This document shows, one piece after another, positions 63,683 to 64,000 of a stretch of DNA of 64,000 nucleotides. The stretch lies in contig OX597814.1 of assembly GCA_951406725.2 (NCBI GenBank), positions 127,596,001-127,660,000 of the forward strand, given 5' to 3'. The notes under the pieces are model-generated. The model saw nothing but the letters and a program-made list of their open reading frames with translations. It searched no databases and was not told where the DNA came from. Origin of the DNA: Octopus vulgaris. Lineage: Eukaryota. How positions within the stretch are numbered: the first letter of the stretch is position 1; the number at the start of each line of letters is the position of its first letter. A program made the translations under genes and the position numbers.

Positions 63683-63883
63683 TTGTGTCGTCAGGATGCT
63701 GCAAATTTTATGGATGATAATATTCCAGAAAATCTGTTACCCGAAGATGATGAAATTGCCAGAGTCAGTGTTAGTGCTGGAACTCGAGAGCCTTCATTTA
63801 CATCAATATTTCATCAGCCACAAACCTTGTTACAAGAGTTTTCTTTAGTTAACAAAGATATTCCTAGAGTTGCATTTGAAAAG
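63683..63883 (+). CDS. WDR59: WDR59 coding exon 12 (start of RWD domain; gene continues beyond the window)
   Basis: LCRQDAANFMDD...QPQTLLQEFSLVNKDIPRVAFEK matches WDR59 PQTLxQEFSL; AG/GT; phase 0 to 0. Confidence 0.9.
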
Positions 63884-64000
63884 GTAATGCTATTCTTGTG
63901 TTTCCTTTTAATTTTTCCTCTTTCTTTGTTTATTCTTATTGTTTCAGCATCTAATTCTCAAACAGCTCTACTTCCAATAAAATCCATTTACTCCTGTTGT

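Overview
AT-rich, microsatellite- and retroelement-dense animal DNA. The repeat complement suggests an octopus or other coleoid cephalopod; this is inference, not a database match. Two host genes sit head-to-head with 442 bp between their start codons: an intronless DDX1 (minus, 23782-25977) and the first 12 coding exons of WDR59 (plus, 26420 onward; 390 codons assembled by hand with consistent GT-AG phases; the gene continues past the window). The rest is mobile DNA: RTE-type LINE fragments, tRNA-derived SINEs, MITEs, mariner and pogo relics, and a near-intact CR1-type LINE in WDR59 intron 11. The main points of interest are: (1) CR1 ORF2 has no usable AUG and is reached in the -1 frame from a canonical slippery heptamer G_GGA_AAC directly before the ORF1 stop, suggesting programmed ribosomal frameshifting; (2) a full-length U6 snRNA retrocopy is fused to a SINE/LINE 3' tail; (3) fold-back palindromes carry type I hammerhead ribozyme motifs on both strands, and there is a perfect 470-bp palindrome; (4) the RTE 3' UTR holds tandem arrays of a hairpin plus a predicted H-type pseudoknot; (5) a PHD-like finger is inserted in the RTE reverse transcriptase; (6) a copy of WDR59 exon 2 is captured inside a SINE.
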